A stretch of DNA of 64,000 bases from Parcubacteria group bacterium (GCA_003104935.1 PQAE01000006.1:1037-65036), one strand, 5' to 3'; positions 1 to 9,337 are shown, counted from the stretch's first letter. The notes: generated from the sequence alone by a model not told the origin. Numbers and translations are program-made.

Positions 1-765
1 TATTAGAAAGTCAAGAATCTTAGGATTATTTGGCGATAAAGATAAGGCCTTTTGGGCAGTTTCTAAAGATTTATGCTTATCCTCTAAATCTAAATACACT
101 TCGGCCAAAGACAGAAAATACAAATAATTGTCGCGGGCTAAAGATATGGACTGCAGATAATCCTCCTCGGCCTGGTGCAAATCTCCCCTTTCCCGGGCAA
201 TATCAGCCAGATAATAGTAAATGTCGGGATCATTTTTACCCGTTAATTTTAACAGATATTCTAAAGTCTCTTTAGCTTGAGTATATTCCTTGGTGGACCG
301 GTAAACCTGCGCCAACAGACGGTAGGCTTCGATATTGTGATGATCCAGACTCAAAATATCCAGGAGCACCTCCTCGGCTTTTTTGTATTCTTCCTGATTA
401 ATGAGTTGTTTAGAGGCCACCAGACGCTCGTCCGTTTCCTGAGACTGGCTGACAGCGGAGCTTAGCTTTTTATAGCCGCGGCGGCGCAGATCCCTTTCGG
501 CATTTTTTAATTTTTCATAATTCTGGCGAAACTTGGTACTGATTTTTTGTCCCGTCGGTTGCCACCAGTCTTGTAGCCGTGATAGAAATTCTTGCGACTG
601 TCGCTCCAGGCGATTTTTTAAAATAATATCTTTTTGTCGCTTGGCTACCAGAGTCGGCATGCTGTCAACTTTAATATTGGCCAAGCGGGGAAATCTCTTG
701 ACCACCTGCCAGACAATATAAACAAAGGATAAAATTGCTAAAATTATCAGGAAGATATCCCACAT
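1..765 (-). CDS. Membrane-anchored TPR-repeat protein (3'-truncated by window edge)
   Basis: Manual translation from ATG at 765 (MWDIFLIILAILSFVYIVWQVVKRFP...) read without a stop down to about 240 and apparently continues off the window. N-terminal TM, coiled coil, then TPR-like helices (EEYKKAEEVLLDILSLDHHNIEAYRLLAQVY). Not in the ORF track. Confidence 0.75.
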   Translation of the reverse strand, partial: MWDIFLIILAILSFVYIVWQVVKRFPRLANIKVDSMPTLVAKRQKDIILKNRLERQSQEFLSRLQDWWQPTGQKISTKFRQNYEKLKNAERDLRRRGYKKLSSAVSQSQETDERLVASKQLINQEEYKKAEEVLLDILSLDHHNIEAYRLLAQVYRSTKEYTQAKETLEYLLKLTGKNDPDIYYYLADIARERGDLHQAEEDYLQSISLARDNYLYFLSLAEVYLDLEDKHKSLETAQKALSLSPNNPKILDFLI

Positions 766-768
766 AGC

Positions 769-1638
769 TCAGGCCTTATTTTTACTGCCGAAAATATCAA
801 TCATTTTTTCCGCTTCTTTTTGCATGGCCTGAACGGACGGCGCCAGAATCTTTCGGGGGTCTATAAGTTCACGGCTCTTAACCAGATTTTTTAGCAGGGC
901 CTGATGAAAAGCCAGACGCAAGTTGGTATCAATGTTAATGACGCTGATGCCGTTTTTGATGGCCAGACAATAAGCCGCGGCCGGGAGCCCGGAACCTCCG
1001 TGCAAGACTAACGGTTTATTAGTGAGCTCTCTGATTTTTCTCAGGCGCGGCTGATCCACTTTTTCCCGGCCGCGGAAAGCGCCGTGTATAGTGCCGACGG
1101 ACACGGCCAGGGTATCTAGTCCTGTCTTGGCCACAAATTCTCTGGCCTGTTCCGGCCGGGTCAGCAGGTCTTTCATCTTTATCCGTCCGCTTTTTAATTT
1201 GACTAAACCCTCTTTGCCTAAGATGGAACCAAGCTCAGCCTGTAGCCAGGCGCCGTGAGTATGAGCCAGTTGCGCGGCCTGATGGCTGAGTTTGATATTG
1301 GCCGAAAAATCTTTTTCCGAAGCGTCCATATGTACCGAACTATAGCCGATATGAAGACATTCTTTGATGGTCTGCAGAGAATGCCCGTGGTCCAGATGGA
1401 TGGCAATCGGCACTCTTTTTCCTATGGTATTAGCCACATTACTGATCAGCTGAAATAAAGTCAGCACATTGGAATACTCAATAGCCGACTCGGAAGTGGA
1501 AATAATCACCGGTGATTTTTTGTTCACCGCGGCGCGCACTATAGCCAGAGTGATTTCCAAATTGGATGTATTAAACGCGGCCACGGCATAGTTGCCGGCC
1601 CGGGCCTTGTTTATTATTTGTTTGATGTGGACTATCAT
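769..1638 (-). CDS. fba: Class II fructose-bisphosphate aldolase
   Basis: YAVAAFN, HLDHG, SVHMDAS, LAVSVGTIHG, LVLHGGSG, INIDT motifs. Confidence 0.95.
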   Translation of the reverse strand: MIVHIKQIINKARAGNYAVAAFNTSNLEITLAIVRAAVNKKSPVIISTSESAIEYSNVLTLFQLISNVANTIGKRVPIAIHLDHGHSLQTIKECLHIGYSSVHMDASEKDFSANIKLSHQAAQLAHTHGAWLQAELGSILGKEGLVKLKSGRIKMKDLLTRPEQAREFVAKTGLDTLAVSVGTIHGAFRGREKVDQPRLRKIRELTNKPLVLHGGSGLPAAAYCLAIKNGISVINIDTNLRLAFHQALLKNLVKSRELIDPRKILAPSVQAMQKEAEKMIDIFGSKNKA

Positions 1639-1639
1639 T

Positions 1640-2404
1640 TTATGAATTTTGTATTAATTCTACAAAAGTGGTGGCCTTCAGACTGGCACCGCCCACCAGC
1701 GCGCCGCGGATATTAGCCATCTTGGTAAAGTGATTGATGTTGGACGGATCGACGCTACCGCCGTAGATCACGCCCAAACTGTCCGTGTGACGCCCCTCCA
1801 TCACATCCACGTAGCTCTGCCGGATCATGGCCGCCGTCTGCGAGGCCTCTTCGCCGCTGATGGCCTGTCCTGATCCGATCACCCAAACCGGTTCATAAGC
1901 GATGATGATCTGATGATGGTTCTCCACCTCAACACCCTGCAGGGCTTCGAAAACCTGATGCATAATAATCGTGCCCTTATTACCCTCCTGCCTTTCCGTA
2001 AAAGTTTCACCCACGCAGATAATCGGAATCAGTCCATGTTTTAGGGCCGCCTTGACTTTGAGATTAATAGTTAGATTTGTCTCACCCAAAGCGCGGCGCT
2101 CAGAATGGCCCAAGATGATGTATTCGCAACCGCTGGCCTTGAGTTCGCGGATAGAAACCTGGCTGGTAAAAGCGCCGATGTCCTCATAAAAACCATCTTG
2201 CGCCCCCAGAGACAAATCGCTGTCTTTGAGCATCTTAGCTACCTCGGGCAAACTCAAAAAATCCGGACAAAGCACGATTTTCTTTTTAGCGCTGATTTTT
2301 TTCTCCGTCGCCAGGTTTTTTATGGTGCGGGCCAACTTTTTGGCTTCTTCTATGCTGAGTTGCATCTTCCAATTGGCCACGATAATCTGCTCAAAATTTT
2401 TCAT
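1640..2404 (-). CDS. tpiA: Triosephosphate isomerase
   Basis: ANWKM, GHSERR, AYEPVW, YGGSV, LVGGAS motifs. Confidence 0.97.
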   Translation of the reverse strand: MKNFEQIIVANWKMQLSIEEAKKLARTIKNLATEKKISAKKKIVLCPDFLSLPEVAKMLKDSDLSLGAQDGFYEDIGAFTSQVSIRELKASGCEYIILGHSERRALGETNLTINLKVKAALKHGLIPIICVGETFTERQEGNKGTIIMHQVFEALQGVEVENHHQIIIAYEPVWVIGSGQAISGEEASQTAAMIRQSYVDVMEGRHTDSLGVIYGGSVDPSNINHFTKMANIRGALVGGASLKATTFVELIQNS

Positions 2405-2452
2405 AAATTGTGTAAAATAAGATCCATATTATAGTATAAAACAAAACACCGC

Positions 2453-3376
2453 TTAAAGCCAGCTAAAATTTTCCAGAGTCCAGGCCGACAAAATCTTGGC
2501 GTCTTTAAAGCGGTCATCCTGATTGTCCGATCCCAAAACCACGGTAATGATATTTTGCTTATCCCGACCGGCTACTTTCACTACCAGGCAATAGCCTGCC
2601 TGGTCAGTCGAGCCGGTCTTGCCGTTCTTGACTTTCAGGTAGCTACTGAGCAAATAATTTGTGGATTTTATTTTATAATTTTTTCCGCTCGGGGCGTTAA
2701 AATTATAAACTTTTAGGGTTGTGGCCGAATCAATATCTTTATTATTAAAAGCGGTTTTGGCCAATTTTAAAACCTCCAAGGCCGTAGAACTGTTTTGCGA
2801 ATTCAGGCCGATGGGATCGGCAAAATAAGTATTAACTAAGCCCATTTGCTTGGCTTTATCGTTCATCAGCTTAACAAAGTCATCCAGACTCAGACCGGTA
2901 CTGCGGACCAAAGCCCGCGTAGCATTATTATCCGAACCGACCAGCGCGGTAAAAAATAAATTTTTGACCGTCACCTCTTCGTCTTGCAATATATTCGGCG
3001 TGTCCGCACCGACTTCATCCTCGGCCAACATGGTAATTTTATTATCCCAGCCCGGATTGTGCTCCAGAAAAACTAAAGCGGTCATTAATTTGCTGATGCT
3101 GGCGATAGAACGGATCTCTTTGGCCGATTTTTGCCAGAGTACGGTTTCGCTGGCTTCGTCCATGACCGCCGCTGAGGAAGCACTGATCTTCACTCCCAGG
3201 GAAGACAGGTTTTTTCTCTGCGGCAAAACCAGAGAGTTATCGACGGCTACTCTTTGTATATTGGCCGTCGCCTCGGTCCCTTGATTAAAAACCTCCACGG
3301 TGGATAGATAAGATACCCGGGCCGGACTCAGACCCAGAGTGATTAAAATTACGGAAATAATGCTCCACAAATTCAT
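2453..3376 (-). CDS. D-alanyl-D-alanine carboxypeptidase/endopeptidase (peptidase S11)
   Basis: SxxK (SISKLMT), SxN (SDN), KTG motifs; signal peptide. Confidence 0.92.
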   Translation of the reverse strand: MNLWSIISVILITLGLSPARVSYLSTVEVFNQGTEATANIQRVAVDNSLVLPQRKNLSSLGVKISASSAAVMDEASETVLWQKSAKEIRSIASISKLMTALVFLEHNPGWDNKITMLAEDEVGADTPNILQDEEVTVKNLFFTALVGSDNNATRALVRSTGLSLDDFVKLMNDKAKQMGLVNTYFADPIGLNSQNSSTALEVLKLAKTAFNNKDIDSATTLKVYNFNAPSGKNYKIKSTNYLLSSYLKVKNGKTGSTDQAGYCLVVKVAGRDKQNIITVVLGSDNQDDRFKDAKILSAWTLENFSWL

Positions 3377-3378
3377 AT

Positions 3379-4074
3379 TTATTTTATTTCCTCTTTGCTT
3401 AAAATACGGTACTGGCCCAGAGGCAAATTACCCAGATCTAATTTGCCTTCGCTTTGGCGGATGAGAGTCAAAACGTTACAACCCAACTCATCCAGCATGC
3501 GCCGGATCTGCCGCTTAAATCCCTGATGCAGGACAATCTGGATATAACCGTTGCCTTTATTTTCCACGGCATCGGCCCGAGCCCAGCCTTCGTTAAATTT
3601 CATTCCTTTTAACAGTTGTCCGGCCATCTCCTCAGTAAAGGGCCGGTCAATACGGACAATATAGGTCTTTTTTATTTCAAACTTGGGATGAGTTAATTTA
3701 AAAGCCAAGTCGCCGTCATTGGTCAAAAGCAATAGGCCCTGCGATTCTTTATCCAGCCGGCCGACCGGAAAAACTTTGGGCAATTTCGGAACCAGTGATA
3801 AAACCGTCTGCGGATTATACCTGTCCGTGACCGTACAGACATAACCGCGCGGCTTGTTTAACAAATAATATACTTTAAAATCTGGCTGTAGCAATTTGTT
3901 GTCCAGGGAAACATCGGTGGCATCGGGAGAAACATTGGTGGCTACGTCAGTCACTACGCCGCCGGCGATTTTTACCCGACCGGACTCTATGATGACCTCG
4001 GATTTGCGCCGCGAAGCTACTCCGCATTTGGCCAAAAAACTGGCCAATCTTATTTCCCGCCTATTTCTTCCCAT
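3379..4074 (-). CDS. rRNA pseudouridine synthase, RsuA/RluB family
   Basis: S4 domain (SRRKSE), LNKPRG, PVGRLD. Confidence 0.93.
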   Translation of the reverse strand: MGRNRREIRLASFLAKCGVASRRKSEVIIESGRVKIAGGVVTDVATNVSPDATDVSLDNKLLQPDFKVYYLLNKPRGYVCTVTDRYNPQTVLSLVPKLPKVFPVGRLDKESQGLLLLTNDGDLAFKLTHPKFEIKKTYIVRIDRPFTEEMAGQLLKGMKFNEGWARADAVENKGNGYIQIVLHQGFKRQIRRMLDELGCNVLTLIRQSEGKLDLGNLPLGQYRILSKEEIK

Positions 4075-4579
4075 ATAGTTCTTTAGCTTTTTGTAAAATA
4101 GCTAAATCTCTGCGGATGATGAATTTACCTTCATATGAGTCGGTGCTCTGCCCGGAAAAAACCTTCAGCGCCTGGTCAAAACCCAGCCAGTCCAATCTAA
4201 AACCGTCGGCGGTTTCCCCCGCGTCAAAATTTGTCTGACCCTTTTCCCCCTTTACCTCGGCAATAAAGCAATAAGACTTTTGGTGTAATTTATACTTATC
4301 ACGCCATTCTTCCACCAGGCCGATTTCCTGCAAATTATGGATATAACAGCCGGTTTCTTCCAGACATTCTCTGACCATGGCCGACAATTTGTTTTCGCCC
4401 GATTCCAGACCGCCACCGGCCAGTTTGTAATAACCGTCTTTAGCGACAAAAAGAGCCGCAATCTTGCCGGTAAAATCAAAAACTACGCCCCGCGACGCTT
4501 CGCGCAGAACATAATCAATTTTTTGTTCCCGATACCCGGGAAAAATATCTTTATCCCGCAAAGTTAAAATATGATCCAT
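4061..4579 (-). CDS. NUDIX hydrolase
   Basis: Nudix box GGGLESGENKLSAMVRECLEETG. Confidence 0.9.
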   Translation of the reverse strand: MDHILTLRDKDIFPGYREQKIDYVLREASRGVVFDFTGKIAALFVAKDGYYKLAGGGLESGENKLSAMVRECLEETGCYIHNLQEIGLVEEWRDKYKLHQKSYCFIAEVKGEKGQTNFDAGETADGFRLDWLGFDQALKVFSGQSTDSYEGKFIIRRDLAILQKAKELYGKK

Positions 4580-4584
4580 ATCGT

Positions 4585-5151
4585 TTATTCTTCTTTACCG
4601 TCGCTCAAATCTGCTTGCAATAGTTGGGCCAGATTTTCATCGTTATTCAACTTTTCAAAATCAGGCAGATCTTTGACGCTGTCCAGTCCCAGATGGCGTA
4701 AAAAATCTATCGTCACTACATAAGTTGTGGCCAAATCATTTTTATTTTCACTGGTCTCAATCAGGCCGCGGATCAGTAAATTGCGAATTATCAAACTGCA
4801 ATTCACTCCCCGGATCTGCTCCAATTCCTCTTTGCTGATGGGCTGACGGTAGGCGATGATAGTCAGAGTCTCCAGTGAGGCCTTGGTCAATTCGCCACTG
4901 ATTTCTGCCTTGAAATAGGCGTTCAGCTCCGGTCCGTCAGCCGGATTGGAAATCATCTGTACTTTGTTATGGCTACTGGCGATGTGAATACCGCTTTCCG
5001 GATGATTATATTTACCCTCCAGTTCCTGCGTTAATTTTTCAACTTCATTTTCCCGGACGTCTAAAAAATCGGCCAATTCTTTGATGGTCAAGGGCTTGCC
5101 CACGGCAAACAGCAGACTCTCTAATAATGCCATTTTATTTTTCTCCGCCAT
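4585..5151 (-). CDS. scpB: SMC-Scp complex subunit ScpB
   Basis: LESLLF, SLETLTIIAYRQPI, IRGVNC; adjacent to scpA. Confidence 0.95.
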   Translation of the reverse strand: MAEKNKMALLESLLFAVGKPLTIKELADFLDVRENEVEKLTQELEGKYNHPESGIHIASSHNKVQMISNPADGPELNAYFKAEISGELTKASLETLTIIAYRQPISKEELEQIRGVNCSLIIRNLLIRGLIETSENKNDLATTYVVTIDFLRHLGLDSVKDLPDFEKLNNDENLAQLLQADLSDGKEE

Positions 5152-5156
5152 ACAAC

Positions 5157-5858
5157 TTACAATTTCTTAATATTTAATTCGCCGAACATCTCGCTTTGTT
5201 GGACCACGATTTCACGCTGTTTGATCAGCTCCAGCATGGCCAGAAAACTAACCACAACCTCCACTTTATCATTGCTATTTTTTATCATCTGACTGAAGTT
5301 CAGACTGACTTTTTCTTTGATCAGATCACGCAGATTTTTTATTTTTTCGCTGATAGAAATAACGCGGTTCATCACCGCCTTGGGCATCTGCATGACCCGC
5401 TCGATCCGGTAAAGAATCTCCTGAAAAACCTGAGCCAGGATACCAGCGGTGATATGAATCGGCGGTAAAAACTCTTTGGCCGCTACGCGTCTATAAGGCA
5501 CATTGCGCACCAAAGCATAGCGTTTTTTACTGTTGTAAAGACGATTAACTACTTTACTGGCTTCATAATATTGTTTATAGATTTTCAGTTGCCGCTCCAG
5601 CGAGCCAGCGTCATCCTCGTCGGTCAGATCCAGATTGGGCAGTAAATACTTAGATTTGATATAAATCAATTTAGAAGCAATCAATAAAAAATCCGCCACC
5701 TCCGCCGATGGTAAATTTTCGCTTTTTTCTATATATGATAAATACTGGTCAGTGACCTGAGCCAGGGAAATCTGGGTAATTTGCAGTTTATCTTTCTCAA
5801 TCAGCGACAAAAGCAAATCCAGCGGCCCCTCAAATTTTTCCAATGAAAATTGGTGCAT
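5157..5858 (-). CDS. scpA: Segregation and condensation protein ScpA
   Basis: FEGPLDLLL; C-terminal FLAMLELIK. Confidence 0.95.
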   Translation of the reverse strand: MHQFSLEKFEGPLDLLLSLIEKDKLQITQISLAQVTDQYLSYIEKSENLPSAEVADFLLIASKLIYIKSKYLLPNLDLTDEDDAGSLERQLKIYKQYYEASKVVNRLYNSKKRYALVRNVPYRRVAAKEFLPPIHITAGILAQVFQEILYRIERVMQMPKAVMNRVISISEKIKNLRDLIKEKVSLNFSQMIKNSNDKVEVVVSFLAMLELIKQREIVVQQSEMFGELNIKKL

Positions 5859-5922
5859 TATGGCTTAATTCTCAAATTTTAGCGCTTAAATTATATCATT
5901 TCAGGGTATTTTTTTCAAATAG

Positions 5923-6145
5923 AAAAGGGACCCTGCACGCAAGAACAGAGTCCCTTCCGCCACCGGCAGACAGCACGGTCTCGGGTGGCAACGGTCTCAG
6001 GGGGTGCGGGCCGGACGCGCCGCGTCTAGGATCCGTACAGCGTACACATCCTATTATCGCTTTCCCGTCAAATCGGGGAAGATTCGCTCCTCACCGGAAG
6101 CTCACGATAACTTGGGCATCTCCACCCCCTGATTTCTAATGAACT
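5923..6145 (-). ncRNA. Candidate ~220-nt multibranched structured RNA of unknown family
   Basis: Minus-strand promoter TTGACT-17-TAATAT (~6159-6187), 10-bp closing stem TCAGGGGGTG/CACCCCCTGA, several internal hairpins, terminator at 5923-5956; no sizeable minus-strand ORF. Confidence 0.5.
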
Positions 6146-6206
6146 TTAATAAGTATCTATATTAGTATAAAAATCGGAAAAAGTCAAGGGCAATCATAAT
6201 AAATGA

Positions 6207-6243
6207 AAGACCCCGATCAAGCTGAGCTCGATGGGGTCTTCTT
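6207..6243 (-). terminator. Intrinsic terminator of the 6264-6794 gene
   Basis: AAGACCCC...GGGGTCTT hairpin directly after the stop codon. Confidence 0.7.
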
Positions 6244-6263
6244 CCTAGGACGTGACCTAGGCT

Positions 6264-6794
6264 CTACTTCCGAGCGGTGCGCGGCTCCTTTGTGGTGGTA
6301 GCCGTGATGGCTGTCTTCATGGCCGCCCAGAAAGCGGACTGTTTGACCGAAGAGATGAATTCTTCGGTGTATCTGCACTGACTCTCGGCGCAGACGAGTT
6401 CCTTTGTCTCCACGCTGAGCGAAGTGTGCATCACCGTGCCATCAGTCGGCACGATGATTAGAATGGGATCGGTCATCGCCTTCTCGTTGCTAGCATACAC
6501 CCAGAAGGTGAAACCGCCGCCATTGATGCTGACCGTCAGGCTGGGATAGGCCGACAGGTACTTCTGGATTTCCTGATCCTGCCACACCTGGCACAGGAAT
6601 TCGGTGCTGAGCACCGGATCCTGCACGGCCTGAGTGATAGCCGTGCGCACTTCCTGCGGTACGATGGACTGGATCTTCGCAGTCTCGGCCGAGGCTGGAG
6701 TAGCTGCGAAGAAGCAGTAGGAGAACCAGATGGCTCCGATGATGGTGGCCCCGATAATGAGGCTGAATCCCATATATCCGAGATAACGACGCAT
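6264..6794 (-). CDS. Hypothetical exported protein (orphan cassette)
   Basis: 176 aa; N-terminal hydrophobic segment with an AxA site; GGGAG SD; own promoter and terminator. Confidence 0.7.
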   Translation of the reverse strand: MRRYLGYMGFSLIIGATIIGAIWFSYCFFAATPASAETAKIQSIVPQEVRTAITQAVQDPVLSTEFLCQVWQDQEIQKYLSAYPSLTVSINGGGFTFWVYASNEKAMTDPILIIVPTDGTVMHTSLSVETKELVCAESQCRYTEEFISSVKQSAFWAAMKTAITATTTKEPRTARK

Positions 6795-6842
6795 TTTCCG
6801 CTCCCTTTTGGGGTACTATCTAGCAGTTTGCTAGAACATAAT

Positions 6843-6871
6843 ATAATACCACATTTTTTACATTTTGTCAA
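6843..6871 (-). promoter_or_regulatory. Sigma70-type promoter
   Basis: TTGACA-17-TATTAT with extended TG on the minus strand. Confidence 0.7.
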
Positions 6872-7021
6872 CTACATTATAAACACAACACCTAACGCAG
6901 CCATGCTATCATTACAAATGTGGATAAAAAATATAATCATAAAAAAATATCGGAAATTTTCTGTTTGACCTTTTCTAACCATTTGATAAAATGATAACAC
7001 TAATAATTAATTAGAATTTGT

Positions 7022-7288
7022 ATGTTGAAGAAAGAGAAGCGACCCATTACTCCCGAGGCCTTCAAGGGCCTAGAAACCGTTGTCCGTTATGTGGTTAGAG
7101 AAGAACTAACTCCATTTCAGGAAGAAGTAAGATCTCAATTTCATCAACTCCAGCAAACAGTGGATGGTTATTTAAAGCAAACTATCGGTTGGCACGATGA
7201 ACAAACTATCCTGACCGCCCGCGTAGATAAAATACAATATGTAATGCTAAAAAAGAAGTTGGCCTCGGGATCGGAATTGGCAGTTTAA
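7022..7288 (+). CDS. Hypothetical small coiled-coil protein
   Basis: 88-aa ORF; upstream TTGACC...TGATAAAAT promoter; downstream terminator. Confidence 0.7.
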   Translation: MLKKEKRPITPEAFKGLETVVRYVVREELTPFQEEVRSQFHQLQQTVDGYLKQTIGWHDEQTILTARVDKIQYVMLKKKLASGSELAV

Positions 7289-7305
7289 TATTATTTAAGC
7301 AACAT

Positions 7306-7333
7306 AAAAGAAGTTGGCTGGCCAACTTCTTTT
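7306..7333. terminator. Bidirectional intrinsic terminator
   Basis: AAAAGAAGTTGGC-TG-GCCAACTTCTTTT between convergent genes. Confidence 0.8.
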
Positions 7334-7354
7334 GATTTTGCAAAGTTAAATAAA

Positions 7355-8770
7355 TTATTTTTTTACCTGAATGCCTAATTCGTCTAATTGCTCTTTAGAT
7401 ACCGCCGAAGGCGAATCCATCATCGGATCCCGTCCGTCTGAAGTTAGTGGAAAAGCAGTTACTTCTTTCAGATTTTTCTCACCCAGCAAAACCATCAATA
7501 ATCTATCAATGCCCGGCGCAATGCCGCCATGCGGCGGTACGCCGTATTTAAAAGCTTCAAAATAATGGGCAAATTGTTTTTTCTGTTCTTTTGTAAAGCC
7601 GATAATGTCCCAAATTTTTTCCTGTAATTTCATATCGTGGATGCGAATCGCTCCTCCACCCACTTCAAAACCATTGAGTACCAGGTCATGCTGATAAGAT
7701 CGAACAGCACCAGGATTTTTGTCTAATTTCTTTATATCCTCTTCTTTAGGAGCGGTAAACATATTATGCGCCGGCCCCCATTTTTCGCCGGCATAATGAA
7801 AGGTGTCTTCTTTGGTCTGAGGCAGCATCAGAGGGAAATTTAAAATCCAGGCAAAAGCCAATTCATCCGGATTATTTTTATCTTTTCTTAGATCCGGCTT
7901 GTCGGTCTTGTATTTTTTTATAACCTCGTCATAATCCAAACGCGGCCATGGTTTTTGGCTAATTTTTTTCTCGGGAAATAAAGTTTCTACTAGTTCGGTG
8001 AATAATTTTTCAGTTAAGTCCAAAACATCTTCTTGTTTTACGAAAGATATCTCCATATCCAGCTGATAAAACTCGCCGGGACTGCGGTCAGCCCGGGCGT
8101 CTTCATCACGGAAGCACGGCGCAATCTGAAAATACTTTTCCATGCCGGCAATCATCAATAGCTGTTTGTACTGCTGGGGCGCCTGAGGCAGGGCAAAAAA
8201 CTCGCCGGGGTGTAGCCGCGACGGCACCAAATAATCTCGCGCTCCTTCCGGAGTGGATTTGGATAATATTGGAGTTTGGATTTCTACAAAATCATGCGCA
8301 TGCAAATATTCCCGGATAAAATGAATGACTTTGTCGCGCCACAAAATATTATTTTTCATGCGCTCATGACGCAGATCTAAATATCTGTATTTTAATCTTA
8401 ATTCTTCATTGGCCTGTCTGTCTTCATTAGCAATTTCAAAAGGCGGAGTTTCCGACTGGGATAAAACCTGTATTTTCTTGACCAGTAATTCAACCGTGCC
8501 CGTAGGCATATCATTATTAATCTGCTTGTCTCCTCTTTTCTGGACTACTCCTTCCACAGCCAAAACAAATTCCGGCCGGATATCCTTGATAATTTGCTGC
8601 GACTCGGAGTCCAGCTCATTTGGCACGACCACGACTTGCATGATTCCCCAGCGGTCGCGCAAATCTAAAAACACTATTTTGCCCATATTGCGCCGGTTAT
8701 TGACCCAGCCTTTGATTAAAACAGTTTTCCCGACCTGAGACACTGTTTCGATGGTTTTGATTCGGTTCAT
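7355..8770 (-). CDS. aspS: Aspartate--tRNA ligase (short form lacking most of the GAD insert)
   Basis: LRLKYRYLDLR, TPEGARDYLVP, ALPQAPQQYKQ, FRDED, PPHGGIA; 471 aa. Confidence 0.96.
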   Translation of the reverse strand: MNRIKTIETVSQVGKTVLIKGWVNNRRNMGKIVFLDLRDRWGIMQVVVVPNELDSESQQIIKDIRPEFVLAVEGVVQKRGDKQINNDMPTGTVELLVKKIQVLSQSETPPFEIANEDRQANEELRLKYRYLDLRHERMKNNILWRDKVIHFIREYLHAHDFVEIQTPILSKSTPEGARDYLVPSRLHPGEFFALPQAPQQYKQLLMIAGMEKYFQIAPCFRDEDARADRSPGEFYQLDMEISFVKQEDVLDLTEKLFTELVETLFPEKKISQKPWPRLDYDEVIKKYKTDKPDLRKDKNNPDELAFAWILNFPLMLPQTKEDTFHYAGEKWGPAHNMFTAPKEEDIKKLDKNPGAVRSYQHDLVLNGFEVGGGAIRIHDMKLQEKIWDIIGFTKEQKKQFAHYFEAFKYGVPPHGGIAPGIDRLLMVLLGEKNLKEVTAFPLTSDGRDPMMDSPSAVSKEQLDELGIQVKK

Positions 8771-8875
8771 CCCCTTAGAAATTTAATGATTTATGTTTTT
8801 ATAAATAAAGTGTTTTATCCCCCAGAAATTCTTGAAGTTTAGTTCGCAATTATTTAAATTTCTAAGGGGATTCAT
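8766..8875. mobile_element. MITE-like element at the aspS start codon
   Basis: 16-bp perfect inverted repeats CCCCTTAGAAATTTAA (8771-8786 / 8854-8869) flanked by duplicated TTCAT (ATGAA on the minus strand). Confidence 0.65.
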
Positions 8876-8916
8876 AAGTATTTATTATCTATATTTTGTA
8901 ATATTTTCTTTGGTGT

Positions 8917-9035
8917 GGATTCCCGCTTTCGCGGGAATGACGGTTTGCAGTTTGTCAATGCGAGCCGCGCTCAGCGCGGCGTGGCAATCTACAAGCTTTT
9001 AGATTGCTTCGTCGCCAACAGCTCCTCGCAATGGC
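8917..9035. repeat. Cluster of REP/RPE-like palindromes just downstream of the GIY-YIG gene
   Basis: GGATTCCCGCTTTCGCGGGAATGAC (8917-8941); inverted pair GTCAATGCGAG...GCAATCT (8954-8990) and AGATTGC...CTCGCAATGGC (9001-9035). Confidence 0.8.
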
Positions 9036-9337
9036 TACAGGTCCAACAAATCGTCATGTAAATCGCACCATTCTGGATTATCTTTTTTAATTAAAGCTAT
9101 CTTTTTCTTTCTTGGCCCTGCCTTTATATATTTTTCTCTGGAAATAGCATCATGTATATTATCAAATGTTTCATAATACATCAGATTATTAACATTGTAC
9201 CGAGCAGTAAATGATCTTGGATTTATCTTCTCTTTATGTTGGCGCACTCTCAATAATAAATTATTCGTGACGCCAGTATACAAAGTGCCGTTCTTATATG
9301 TAGCTAAAATATAAACAAAATACTGCTTATCGCGCAT
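9035..9337 (-). CDS. Stand-alone GIY-YIG nuclease (YhbQ/UPF0213-like)
   Basis: YFVYIL...LYTGVTNNL..RVRQH...AISREKYIK...NPEWCDL. Confidence 0.92.
   Translation of the reverse strand: MRDKQYFVYILATYKNGTLYTGVTNNLLLRVRQHKEKINPRSFTARYNVNNLMYYETFDNIHDAISREKYIKAGPRKKKIALIKKDNPEWCDLHDDLLDL

Noticed and set aside
5843-6139. 98-aa plus-strand ORF
   Set aside because: It overlaps the scpA start, and the promoter and terminator signals point to the minus strand.
5923-6145. Identification as RNase P, SRP, tmRNA or 6S RNA
   Set aside because: It lacks GAGGAAAGUCC, the SRP CAGG...GGAA...AGCAG helix, tRNA-like ends with a tag ORF, and the single long 6S hairpin.
6919-6927. oriC from DnaA boxes (6919, 45142, 45250)
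   Set aside because: Too few boxes, no dnaA/dnaN nearby, and no clear unwinding element.
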